The notes: generated from the letters alone by a model not told the origin. DNA of 64,000 nucleotides from Chrysomallon squamiferum (GCA_012295275.1 CM022665.1:4836001-4900000), one strand, 5' to 3'. Numbered from the stretch's first letter, positions 39,811 through 54,924 are shown. Numbers and translations are program-made.

Positions 39811-42800
39811 ACAAGGATAACATTACATTAGTATAAATTACTTAATTTAGGGTCTGTAATTAAAAACTCAGCTGATGATTAAAAAAGCAAATTAACAGGG
39901 AAATAAGTGCATAAAAGGATATGCATAGAGAAATATACATTTAGTCGTGCAAGCATATATAAAATTACATTTACACATATATTAGTGTTTTTAATTTTTT
40001 TTAAATTTAAACATGTATAAAATAACGATACGAATTTTTAAAATAAAATCTCTCTCACCTCTTTTAACAAGTTAAAAGCTGCTAGACCAATAACAATATA
40101 TTTTCCAATCTTTGCGAAGAGATTCTGTGTTTCATCCGATGGTATTGTTGTGCAGTCACCATTGCCGACTGCATCAACAGTCCCTGTGGAACTGTTAGTA
40201 GTAAAAGAAATGTTTAGTAAGTTAGTATTTAAAAGACAATAATTAACAACAGAGTTAACTTTAAAATAACCCGATTTATCATATTATCAGCAAGTTGAAA
40301 AACAAATAGAAGGCAATAATTAATATAATGTCCTTAATGGTCGTGACATCCACTAATAATTTAACATCCACTGTCACAATAATATGATTTAATGATAATT
40401 ACATCCACTGTTACCATAATATTCTTAATATTATATCCGTTGTCATTATATCGTCAATATTAAGATATCCATGATTAATAACATATCTTCAAAGTACCCA
40501 ATCATTACATTCGAAACAAGATCCACACCAATGATACAACATACACCATTACCATTTCCTTAACTGAGTAACAGGCTGTTATTATATTACTGTTAATACC
40601 TTCAATTAAGAATAATGTAAAATAAAGTTCAGATACTATATAACTTACTATTCCCATGGAGCTTTGCTGGAAACAATGTAGCCTGTGAGGAAGACCAGAA
40701 AAACGGTGTACATTAGGAAGAGAAGGTAATAGATGAAGCTTCCGAATGTGTTCCACTTGTGTGTGAGCAGTGAGGTGACAAGTGGATGGGCAAGCAGATC
40801 TTCTCGATTGGTTGTCACCTGAGAGAAAAAGTTCAGTTTGAAAATTAATTATTCAGTGAAAGGTCTGACCAATTCATCACTTGGTTTATTATAGCAAAAT
40901 TCATAGACACATGTTTATTAGTGCAAGAATGAATATACATGAGTTTCATCTTAATAATTACAAACGAAATATCCAATAACAGACTTGTAAGTTTATTAAT
41001 ATAAAAGTTTATTATCAATTTTATTAAAATTAAAATGTCCATCCATCAAGCTGTAATTAATAATAATAAAACAAACTGTGTACCCAATGAATTGCAACTT
41101 TAGTGAAATAAAAATGTCTAACCACTGAGTTATAAATTTACTAATATAAAAAGATCTGTTCATCAAATTTCATCTTAAAATACCTACCCTTTGAGTAAAA
41201 TAAAAAAATGTTTTGAAAATTTTGAAATAACTGGTACACTGCATGTTATGATTAAAAATAAAAAAAATTGAATGGTTTTAAAAAACCCCAGTAAAATAAC
41301 AGTTTTTCAATTATATACTAAGAGTGGAATACAGTGATTAAGAAATCAAATTAACTTTAAAGACATATGTTTTGAAATAAATATACCATTATCATCAGAG
41401 GATGGTTTTTCTTCAGAATATTTGAATCACTTGAATAAGCTTTAGCCTCAGCACGCAATTTGTTATCTTCATCAAAAGCATCACCTGTGAAAAAAACAAA
41501 TGCAATAAAATTATGTATTATAAAGTTACAGCAATAATAATTTAACATTAGACTATTTTATGTTATGCATTTTATTATAATAAAATATTTAAAATACACT
41601 GAAACAGCAAGTATAATAAATCATATATATATATTATTGACCCTCAATTTCACAGACCTCAGTTTTCAAGATTTTGGGAAATCTAGACAAAATCTTGAAA
41701 AATCACTAAATTTGAACGTACAGCCATTTCCCACCTGAAACACCTTACCTCTTAAGTTATTCTGGGTCCCCACTAAATGATACAACATATATCTCTCAAC
41801 CTACTTTTCATCAAACTGCATTCACCATCCTAACCTAACAAACTTCACCCAACATAGCCTACATACTTTTCTTTTTACTGTACGTTTTTCTTTACATATA
41901 CAATGTGACATTTGTTTAAATTGTTTTTAAGTCTGTGTACTGTTCTTACATTATTATATTACTTATTATATAGCTGTTATGTTTACTAAAGTTTACTAAA
42001 GTGTTAATGTTTACACTTGTGATTTTCCAGACTTTTGCATTTTCTGGACTGGTACTACACCCCACCCTCCTAGCATCCATGAAATCAAGGGTCAACAGTA
42101 GACTCATACACACATAAAGAACAACAGAATTCCCTCATCAAAGGATCTGATTTAGATAATATGTATACGAGAATAAAGACAGATGTGTAAATTAATTAAA
42201 TCTGTAAAGATATGTCAGCTCTGGAATATTAAAACCAATTTACCAGTGGATGATCCAGTCTCACTGCCTGTACCAAACTTAGGATCCATCCAGTTGACAT
42301 AGATGTCATCCAGAAACTCGTAGTTGAAAGTTATTTCATAGTCCAGTTTTTCTGGATTATTTTCTGTTCCATAACTGAGGCAGTGATCAAACACTCTTTC
42401 AGCAACATCTGAAAATAAAGAATATCAAAATAATAAATGACTGTCGACATGCAATTGTAGTAAACTGTATAAATACTTCTGTTACTAAATATAAACACAA
42501 AGGTAATAAAATGTTTTTAAATCATACCTGGGGGTACAAAACAGAAAAAAAAGAAGATCTAATATGAAAATATGAAAATATGAAAACATGAAAACAACAT
42601 ATCAGTTACTTAATAATCAGTTGGTAGCATGATGGTAATTCAGTGTGTAACTGATGATAAATATAAAAGTGAATATTAAACGATTTTCTACATTAATCTT
42701 ATTAAGTATATATTGGTATTTAAAAAGGAACCTCACATAAAAAAAAAAAAGAAGAAAAAATTCTTCTCTTTTGAATACCAGTTTGTTATAAATTATTTTA

Positions 42801-45800
42801 TTTTTAATGTACCAGGCATTTTCCTAATAAGTTTTCTCATTGGTGTGTCAAGATATCCATTTCTCAGATCAAGAGTTGCATTTCTTAGAGCCTCCTGCCA
42901 CACATCTGAATTAATTATTGTTAAAGCTACATCCCTGAAATATATAAATATTTAATATATAGAATTAATTACCATCAAAGCAATATCCCTGAAATATATA
43001 AATATTACATACATACCGAATTAACGACTGTTAAAACTACATCTCTGATATATAAATATATAAAACAAAAATTCATTAATATTTTCAGTTATCTGTAAAT
43101 TAACATAATGCATCCATGAAACAGAATTTAAAAGTTTTCAAAAACGAAGTATGATTTTAATATTAAAAAAATAATAATAATATGCAAAAATAAAATATAC
43201 ACTTTACTTCAAATATAAAATGCAAGCTATTCAAACATTTTGTTAAAAGAAAACAGATATTCCCTACAACTTAAGAGATGTTCAGAAAAACACAAGACAA
43301 ACAGACAAACACGACGAAGCTAAAAAAAAGTTCTGGAGAATTTGTAACAATCTTTATAGCACTGATAATTTCCACAGATTAAAAATATGTGTGCTGGATG
43401 ATAATGATACACATTTTAAATAATTCACATCTTACACTTGATTATTGTCAATGGCCAAGTCCAGACAATTATATCCTTCTGAGTCTTTCTGCGCCACATT
43501 GGCATCCCACTCTAGCAGAAGTTCCACAACTCCTGGATGTCCATGCTTGGAGGCCAAATGAAGAGGTGTTGTCTGTGAAAGATTGTTAATAAATTATAAT
43601 ATTTAAGTACATGAATGAAATAAAGAGAATTTATATTTGCAATCAAAAAAACAAAAAAATAAAAAAAAAAACCCAACAATAAACACAAAGAAAAAGAGAA
43701 AAAGAATCTCAGTTAAAATAATAAAAACAAGAATAACATACTTTTTTATGTGTATTTCCATCTAACTATAGTGTGGTATGATATACATACACAGATACAC
43801 ACAGAGAAAAAGACAGGTATAGATGAACAACTGAGAACCAGAGAGATAAGAAATCAGTCTGAATCACAGAGTGATAGATGTTAACAAGTTCCATCAGTTT
43901 GTCACATTTAACAGCACTTAAGAAAAACAGTGTAAGTGTCTTGTTAAAGACCACCTCAAACCCAATATATATAAATAACAGTAAAAAAATAATTAAAAAT
44001 TAAATAAAAATTACAAATTAATAATATTACAATTTTTTTAAAAACCCCACCAACATTTCATTAACTAATAACAAAATGAGGTATACTGAATAGTGTTACA
44101 TAGTACTATAAAATACAAATAATGAATTCTCACATTTGTTTTGTCCATTGGATCAATGGGAGCTTCTGCTTCAAGAAGGATTCGACATGTCTTTGACCAA
44201 CCTTTGGAGGCTGCCAAATCCAGTGGAGTCCACTGACTGTAGTTTCTGTAAAATAACAAAAATAATAATGGTAACACTTAAAACAAAAAGTATTTTTCAA
44301 AAAGTTATAGTAATAACAACAACAACAATAATAATAATAATAATAATAATAATTTGATTAATTTAAAAGAGAGAGATAAAATACATGCTTTCTTAGTCCC
44401 TTAAAAATTAAAGGTAGTCTGATTAACTGTTTTTCACAAATATGTTGAAATATAATATAAAACCAAAACACTCGAACCCTTTCAACCCAAATTTACAGTT
44501 TATTTTATTTGTCTATACCTTATTAACCTCTTCACTATAAAGGATAAGTGTATACCATGTTCTATTCCAAATATGTTTACTTTTGAGTACATTCCCATAA
44601 TTATTTGATTATACTATTATCTGTAATAATAACATCGATAAACTGCATATTTTCACACTAAAACTGTACCCTAGTTGACAAACAATTCATTGAAAAAAAA
44701 AAAAGAATTTGTGTATAATAATGGAAATGAATATTCCACCCATTTCATAAAATGAGTGTAAGCTATTTAACATCAAACTTTTAATATGGTACTATGAAAA
44801 TGTTATACGACACAAAGGAAATTCTGTTCTAACTCAATGTACTGTTACTGTTAAAGAAGTCAACACAGGTACAAAGCAGTAGATGCCAGCCTGTTTGGGG
44901 CTATACCCACATCAACCCCTCAAAGATTTTGGCCATCAACATAAATGGGTTTATATATTTGTTTGATGCAAACTGCCTTCCTACATATATTAAAACTTGA
45001 CCCTCCTGAGGCATGCACCCTTCACTGGCAAACACTAGTATAGAGAAAGTCAAAAGTCTGAAGGTACTTGAGAGGTCATGTGAACTTGGGTTTACAAAAA
45101 AACACAAACCTTCCAGCAACATCAGCTCCATATTCCAGTAAGGCTGCCACAGCTTTGTCATGTCCAAACAAAGCTGCCAAGTGAAGTGGTGTGTTGGAGT
45201 TTTCATCTTCATCATTAATAGACAGCTTGTCCCTCTTCACTATCTCTCTCACTGTACTGAAAACAGAATAAAATAAAATAAAATGTATGTGACAGTGTGA
45301 GTATATCTGCACTCTGTTATACCAGTGTGCTGATGAAGTCTAATGTTAATAAACAATACACTGAGAGATTAACATTCTTTTCAAGAGACAATTTATATTT
45401 TATCAAATCACTTTAAGATATTTTTAACTTAATGGTAATTGTCTTTCTTAAAGTGAACATTGGACACTGTGAATGATTCATTGAAATAATAATTAAAAAA
45501 ATTCTTTATACTTATAAATTATTATTTTAATGGGTTTGAATGACCTGTAATCATTAATAACGAAGCATAATAATAATATTTCTATTACAAAACATCATTC
45601 AGATGAACAGATTGTACATGGATATTAAGTTCTTTGTTAAGAGAATCATTAACTAAGTAATTTATTGGTAGTACTAGTAGTATTTATCTGATCTATAAAC
45701 AACAGCTTATAATTATTTCATTCAGGGAATCATTAAGTAATTAATGTTTGTATAAGCAGTAGTAATATCTAATTGATTTATAAAAAAACAATTCTTGATT

Positions 45801-47011
45801 ACTTTGTTCTTCCATATCTCGCTGCAAGATGTAATGGTGTCTGCTCCTCCTCATTCTTGCTGTCAAGATCAGCATTATGATGTAGCAGACACTAAATACA
45901 AAACAAGAACAGTAATAAATTAATAAATAACTGTACTAGTAGAAAAAGTATTATATAAATACAATAACAACAAAAGTATTAAAGGCAGTAGTAATAGCAT
46001 TATTAGTATTATAATAATAACAACAACAAAAAAATAACATTAAAATCATCATTGACTCTAACATTAATAGTGACATTAAACAAACACCACAACTAATAAG
46101 AAAATGGTCTGCAGAAAATTTTGATTGGTTATTTATTTTTTTTTAAAGTTATATTCTGTTCTGGCATATATTCATGAAAAGGTCAACAAGATCTGTACAG
46201 GGCAAACTAAAATTCTGGGTACCTGAACTATTTCCAAGAATCCATGCTGTGCGGCAATATGGAGAGGATCATTCCCATACTTGTCACTGACGTTGATAAG
46301 TTGTCTTACTTGTGGATAGGACAAAAGTTTCTGAAAACAAATTAGTTATCACATAAAAAACAAAAAAAATTAAATTTAAAACAAAAAAATTAAAATATAC
46401 ACAGGCAGAATTCAAATAAAAGAGAAATAAAATTATTGAAACAATACCTTTTTAAAAAATAATTTTAAAAAAATAAATAAATAAAAGATGTAAACCTTTT
46501 GAATACATATAGTACTTTAACCACTATACATTTAAATAATATTTACCTTTCTGGTTTTTCTCTTTATAGATATAAAAAAAATTGAAAAATTAAAATGGTT
46601 GTTTTTCTTTACTACTAAACACAGTTTACAATCATAAAAACCTTTTTATTTACCAATAAGGTCTTTTTACAATTATTAGTAGAACTGTTTTGTTGGGGTT
46701 TTTTTTCTTCAGATATTTCATACCTTCAAAACTGGCAGTTTGTTTTCTTCTGCAGCAAGAAAAATAACAGTTTTGTCATCTTTGTCAACAACTGTGTAGT
46801 CAGCACCTTTTGTCAACAGCAGCTCGACTGCAGCAATGTGACCATACGTAGCTGCTAGCAAGAGTGGAGTGTAGTTATCTTTGTCTCGCTGATTAATACG
46901 AGCTCCTCTGTAGAATAAAAAAATATTAAAAAAATAAAATAATTTTTTTTTTTTTTTTAAATAAATAAATAAAATATATAAAAAAAATTAAAAATTAAAA
47001 AAAAAATAAAA

Positions 47012-47089
<78 letters not shown>

Positions 47090-50000
47090 AAATAAAAACA
47101 TAAATTGGAATAAAAGTAATAAACAGTACAGAATTTTTTTTTAAATATCTGATATACCAAAGTATTGTCAACAAGAACATGCAATCAAAAACAAATTCAA
47201 AAAAATAAAAAAAGCAAATACAATAAAATTTCTGTACCAGTTAAGAAGAGTCCAAGTTATAGATATGTATCTACAATCTACATAAAACATTCACACACCT
47301 TTCTTTTCATTAAAAAGTCCTTTATTCATTATTATAATAGTCATATGCAGCTATGAAATGTGTGGCCTATTCAGATGTATAGTACCTGCTGACATTTGTA
47401 AGGATATGTGGCAATTCTTTTATTTGCTGCAACCAGCACTCTGTTCCAGATACAGCTTTTCTGAGCAATTGCAACTACACAGCTGTAGAACCAGTACAAA
47501 AGGAGAATATTCCCTTTTCTTAAAACTGGTACAGATTACAAGAATGAATTCTTCTCACCAAACAATAATGTGATTTTACATATCTTCATTTCACATGCTA
47601 AATTTCCAGAATGTTATCACATAACACAATTTTTGTAAATCATTAACGTATCATTTACAGGTAATGATTAACAAGCCATAGCCACCACAAGTGGTGATAA
47701 AAAAAAAAAAAAAATTATCTTTATTTAACATGACTGATTCCACCAACCTCTCCACTAAATATTTGAGAACGTCTGTGTGATTGAACTGGGCTGCTTTGTG
47801 CAGTGGTGTTGCCTGTTCATCGTTCAGCACATCAATCCTTGCATTGTGTTCCACCAGCAGCCGAACAATTCTGATATCTCCAGATATAGCAGCAAGGTGG
47901 AGGGGGTGCATGTAGTGTTTTCTGGGAACATTCACATCAGCTCCTGAAAGTAGAAACAAAACTCAGTACAGAAACAGTAATTTGTCTGGAGAAATATACA
48001 TGGATTAACAGAAACAGTAAATCACTAGATACATATATATATGAGCTAAAACCCAGAAAATGATTAATACATAATTTAACTTAAACATCAATTGTTTAAA
48101 ATGAATTGTTTTAACACTCATATAGAAAAGTCTGCATCTGTTGCAGTTGAGATGGATCCATTTAAACATACATATTTTTTTTAAACATTTTTTTTTTCAT
48201 AACTAAATATAATTATAATCACATCATGGGTAAATACATTTACTGTTTTGACATACATAACTGTTCTTATAGTTCTATAAACACATATTAGCAGTGAGTG
48301 AAGCAATCATCAATTATTCTGAAACATACGTTTTTCAAGACAAAGTTTGGCTACTTCATAGTGACCATTGTCCACTGATATATGAAGACAAGTACTTCCT
48401 TCCACATCCTTGTCAGTCACCATCTGAAAATAACAACAACAATAATAATAATAATAATAATAATAACAATAATAATAATAACAACAATAACAGGAGTAGT
48501 AGTAATAATAATGACAACGACTTTCAAATTTAAAAATGTACACATTTACTTTATCTTTCACATTTTTAACATATATACAAAGTATTTAAAGCCATTATTA
48601 TAGCTGCAACTCTTTCAACAGCATAATATTAATGAAATACAATTTGCAGGTGGTACAGAAGCATATCCAGACCTGTTTTCAACTAAATACCTATAACTCA
48701 ATGTACTCAACATTGTACATACAAACATGTACCCATCATTATCTTTTTGTTGAACTAAATAATCATCTTACATTGGAAATCATGACCCAGCCTTCTGGTG
48801 TTTTAGCTGCAGCTTCAAACAACATTCTCACAAAGACAATATTTCCTTCAGAGCAAGCATGATGCAGTGGAGTGGAATCCTCATTGTCGAGACTTCGCAG
48901 ATTGGCTCCAGCCTCTATCAGCATATTTGCCACCTCCAACTGGTTGTGAATTGCAGCCATGTGCAAAACAGTGATACCCTGTTTGTCTTTGGCCTGAACA
49001 GATTTAATTAATAAAACATCATTTGAGCATTTTATTTCAGCTACAATATCATGTTATCCTGCAACATTAACGTCTGTTAATTTTTCAGGATCATTCTTTT
49101 TTTAATTAAAACGTTTGAATAATGTTAATAAGATGATAATGGTTGTTAAAATATATGAATAATATTAATAATAAGATGGTGGTGGTCCTTAAAATATGAG
49201 ACATGAGACACAAACTGTTGTTTTATCTAATTTGGATTTGATTTAACATGCTGACAATCACTGAATCAGCAAGCTTTTCTGTTAGTTGCAAAACAACACC
49301 AATATAATTAATTTCCAAAATATTCTGCTTTTTCAAAGTTTCTTTCTGATGTTTTAATATCCTTCTGGATATCAGCTAGAATTTGTTTTTGTTTTTTTCT
49401 GTACTATTTTCCGATGTAATAATATCAACTACAAAAAAATGTAGTTTTTTCACTTAACAATTTGACAAATGCATAAATGTAACATCTCTATAAAGGCTGT
49501 TAGGACTGGTAATGATATGTTTTTAAAAAGGATAGAACTTTTTTTATTTTAAAAAGCACCTCTATATTAATTTTGTCCTTGAAGCTAAGAAGGTCTCTAG
49601 CTGCCAGTTCATTTCCTCTCATTGCTGCAAAGTGAAGTGGAGTCTGTCCATATTTATCTCTGGCATTGATATCGGCACCATTCTTAATGAGATATACAAC
49701 ACAACTTTCACCTGAGATTTCATGTTCCAGGTGTTGTAACAGTGGCAAACCATTAGCAGCAGCCTGTAAAACATAAATGTAATAAAATATAATATTTTAA
49801 ATTAATACAAGTATTTATTTATTATAAAATATTAAATTATTTTGGCCGAATTTACTTCCTTTGGTTATACCTAAATATATTTATAATTTTAAACACTGTC
49901 TTTCTAAAACTATTAATGTATTGGTTTGTTTCTAATAAGCAGAATTCAAATCAGAATGTAATTTTATAATTAAGAGCTGGTATGATGTCATTAACAACAA

Positions 50001-51431
50001 GATTTTACAGGCTAAAATAAAACAAAGTAGACAGGTTTCAGTAATGATCAAGAAAGATTGTTGATAAAAATATATTCTTTTCTTCTCATATATTCAGTTA
50101 AAATTTATTTATCACTTTTTAATTATCTGTTGCATTGAAAAAAACATAATAAGTGATAATAATTGATTTTCCTTTACTTACAGAATTTAAGCAGAAATAA
50201 CTGCCTCATAAATAGATATCTGCTATAAGTTTTTTGAAACTATTATTCTATTAAATATTTGAGATAATATATAATAAAATATTTCAAATTTTTAAATTTT
50301 AGATTGGTATTTTTCTTTGATAAATATGTAAACTGAAATGCAACCTTATTTCTACATCACAAACATGAATTATAAGTGCACACACAGGTGCATAATATCA
50401 TTAAACATGTTAGAAAACAAAATAAAAACAAAAACACAAAAGTAAAATAAAAATGAAAACTGTATTGTTTTTCCCTGTTTATACTAATTTACTTTTTGTG
50501 ACACTAATATCATTTCTAAATAAATTAATCAAATTTGTATTGTCTGTTTGTGCTCAATAATTAAATCATATATATGGTTTGACAAACAGTATCACAAAAA
50601 GCAAGTCTGGACAACACACATTTTTTTGCTGAATTATTTCATTCATAAAATGTTTGCATCTGAAAAAATATATATTTTTAACATGAATGTCATTTTTTTC
50701 ATGAATGTCATTGCTTATTTCTGTTTTTTTTTAAAATGTTAATTATGGAAATAAAAAGAAAGAACAATAATAATGTCTTTGTGTGAAGTAATGAAAAAAA
50801 TGTTCTAGTTATAATCTATAATAATATATCACTACAAAAGGAACATGGTTTAAAAGTTTCTAATGATAATCTGCATTAACACATCCCTATTAAAAGAACA
50901 GGAGTATTTATTTGCTGCTCACAACAAAGATATTATTAAATCTATGGTGTAGGTAAAGAAACAAAAAAGTGACAGAAGGAGCTAACTACAGTTATCTACA
51001 AAAACACACAACTCTGATTAATTTTGAAGTTGTCGGTTGGGTACATACTGTGTCATGGTGTGCATGTACGGGACGACTAGGTTCCTGAAATTTTTATGTA
51101 AATTAAGTACAGTTACCAAAAACAAGTTGTTAATAATAATAATAATAATAAAATAATAGTAACAAGAAAGCAAACAGCAATATCAGTAACAAAAACAACA
51201 TTAATAACAATAATAGTTCAAAATAAATATTAAAACTGTTCATAAACACAATATTATTACTAACCACCAGTTTACACCAGAAATCCATGCAAGGTTTCTT
51301 AGAGAACATAAAATTTTATGACCAACTTTTGCTATTGTCTGAAACATGACAACACTTAAATGTAACCCTCTTTAATATCAAAACAATTTTTTCTCCATTC
51401 AAAATTAATAATACAGGTTGCAGATTTCAGG

Positions 51432-51465
<34 letters not shown>

Positions 51466-53713
51466 AGAAGAAATGTTATAATACTCTGTTAATAGTAATT
51501 TCAATGCCAGAAATGGCTTTTGTTGATGCCAACCCTTTATCCACCCTTCATCTTGAAACATATTATAATATATAATATATCACCTCATCAATCTCATTTG
51601 CATCAGGGGTGGTTTCCTTCTTCTTTTTCTCCCGTCTGTATCTGGCAGCATGGTGTAATGGTGTGACATCTTCTTCACCCTTGTCATTAGGATCTATCAA
51701 GATTATTAGAATATAATATAAAAATTTTTTTTTTTTGATATTTACATGTAGATGCTAAATAATTTGAAAAATTATGATATATAAATATATATTTAATTAT
51801 AGGTACCGATCATGAAAAGATTTACTTTGGTTTTAACTCAACAAAATTAACATTTAATATCTGAATTCCCATGTTTCCTGGTGCAATAATGAATCAGTTT
51901 ATTACAATCATTAGTCAAACTGGCCCATTTTGCATTTTTGTGCAAACTTTTAATGTGCTGTTGATCTACCGATAGGTTTCCCAAATTTGTTTGTCTAAGT
52001 GTCTTGCAACTTCATCTTGTGTGTGTGTTTTGGGTGAATTTCTTTTTATTATCTGTTACTGACATTTGTATGTGGCATCATTTTGTTGAAGGCTATGACT
52101 TGATTTACATATAATTTTGAAGTCACAAAAATACTGTTTATAACAAATACTATTCATGAATAAGCATTAACTCAACTCAGGTAATCATGTTTCTATTGCA
52201 TCCCTACACAAAACCAATGCATGTCTGAATAACACTCATGGTTGCAACTCTTTCCAATCAATCGTATTTAACCTGGCATAAGCGACATGTCAACTGCACA
52301 TCAAAATATCACAGAAAAGTGATAAGTGATGGCCAATAGTCAAAACATCTTACTAATTAAGAAGCATAATATATTCACTGCTTGTTTGCACTGTTGTAAA
52401 GATCAAACAATACATTAAACAGACTCATTTTTTCAACTATAAATGATTGGTGGTGACTGGATTGAAATTTTCCATTTTAATCATCAGATTAACATTGAAA
52501 CATATTAGTTCCCAGTAAAAGTATGTTGATATCTGAATATTTAGTTATAATGGCTAGTGTAATAAAGAGAGTTGATTGTAATATAACATAAAATATAATA
52601 TAAAATAAAAAATACACTTGTATTTAACAGATGCAAATTAATACACTTTATAGCCTAGATAAATGGTCTCATAGGTATATAAATTCTTAATACTTCTGAA
52701 TGTATATATTACAAAAACACCCTAAAATGTACCATTCATAATATCGGCAAATATATGGGCAGCATAATGGATTTATTTGCCAAACATAAATCTCCAACAA
52801 TCTCTACATTATTACAGATATCTAATCTATAAATATTTATCAAAATTTATTAAAGTTATAACATGAATGATGAACAAATAATTGAAAATTACAACCCATT
52901 TAAAATAACAGCTATTCTATTATAAATACCTATCAAATAGTATTGTTTTTATTTTGTATGTAACAGTTTGAGAACTGCTTTAATCTGTTGATCACAGGCA
53001 TTCTGAAGGCCAAGAAATGTTGATTATCAGCAGAGATAGGAATGCACAGATACCACCAGTTCAAAAGTTCATTATGCCTCAGGTAATTGTAATCATGTAA
53101 CCTTTTTTTCCCCCCTCTAAGATAGCAAATGATTTTTACATTATTTGTATTGGATGTCAGGGCAAAAACACAACAAATAAATTTAATGTTTATACTGATT
53201 TGTTTTTGATTTTTTTTTGCGGTACAATAGGATGTGTACACATGTAAATACATATCTGTACATCTGTGTGTTAGGAGAAATAAAAAAAATAAAAAATCAG
53301 GATTATAAAATGCAACAAACCTGCCCCATTGTCTAGGAGTAGTTTGACAACACTTAAATGATTGTATCGAGCAGCGTAATGAAGAGGACTCAGTTCGTCA
53401 TCGTCGTGCATGTTTATTTTCCTCTTAATACCACTTCCAAGATGTCGAATGAGAATCTTCATATTTTGCAAGTCACCATCTCTTGCACACTATAAACAGA
53501 AGAAAAATGGTTGAGAGAGAGAAAAAATGGCATTCACATCTGTCCATGTGTGTGTGTGTGTGTTTGCCTGCATGTGTATATGTATTATGTACATGTGTGT
53601 ATGTCTTTACAAGTATGTGGTATCTGTTTTGTGTGTGTGTGTGTGTTTACCTGATGTAATGTGAGATTAAGAGCTTCAGAACTCTCCACCCTCTTCATCC
53701 CTGTGTCCATCTC

Positions 53714-53770
<57 letters not shown>

Positions 53771-54774
53771 CTGCATGTGTATATGTATTATGTACGTGTG
53801 TGTATGTCTTTACATGTGGTACCTGTTTTGTGTGTGTGTGTGTGTGTGTGTGTGTTTACCTGATGTAATGTGAGATTAAGAGCTTCAGAACTCTCCACCC
53901 TCTTCATCCCTGTGTCCGTCTCCTGCGTAGCTGGGGGCTCAGCAGGGTTGGTTATTAAATTTGACAGCTCCATCACGCCTTTTTGGGTACTGGCATCAGA
54001 ATTCTTTCTGTAAAGACCAGAGATTGAATCGTCCAAATCCATATTTTCAAGTAATCCAGTTACGTTAAATATCACAAATGAAAATTGTTACGATACAATG
54101 TCAATGATAAAAATACAAATATTTTCAACGTTTGCTTTTCAGATCGGGAACATCCCTTGTTTATAACGAATCAGTTCAAACGCAGCAATAGTTTAGTTTT
54201 AAATACGCTTGCATCAAAATGTAAACATGCTGCTGAATGATACAGACTTGTACTACAAGTTATAGTTAAACATGGTTTGAGTTTTTCCAATGAATGATTC
54301 CAACATAATCCTTTACACTTTATCTTCTCTCTTGACAAACTTCAGAATGTAAGGTGAAATTAACTGTTCTGGAATGCTACGGTGGAAAAACCGAAAGAAT
54401 AACGAAAAAACAATGAAACAGCACGGTTCAACAATTCCTCGCTCTTGTCCCTACTGCGAACTTTCTTCAGTGTTGCGCTTATTAACCTGTTGCTTATGAA
54501 AGAACGTATGAACAGTCCACTAAAACCTGTTTCCCAAAAGACCAAGTTTTGTGCGTATAATCGATAAACAACATTGCGAAATAACTGCGCTTGACATTGA
54601 AATAGTTGTACCACAACCACTGGCAACTAAAAAAAATATTTACACAGTGAATTCGTGAAACAACATCACAGCGGTTCTCATAACTTGTTTGATACAAATA
54701 GCGAATTTTATTTAAATTATACAAATCATGTAATAAAAAGAATCTCTCACTCAGACACACACAAACATATTATT

Positions 54775-54805
<31 letters not shown>

Positions 54806-54806
54806 T

Positions 54807-54879
<73 letters not shown>

Positions 54880-54890
54880 AATTTTTTATA

Positions 54891-54924
<34 letters not shown>

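Noticed and set aside
54360-54760. Two 88-aa minus-strand ORFs with an acceptor-like site near 54626 inside the TRPA1 5' region
   Set aside because: Donors are weak, no phase combination fits between 55844 and 54007, and the peptides look random; cannot be excluded as UTR
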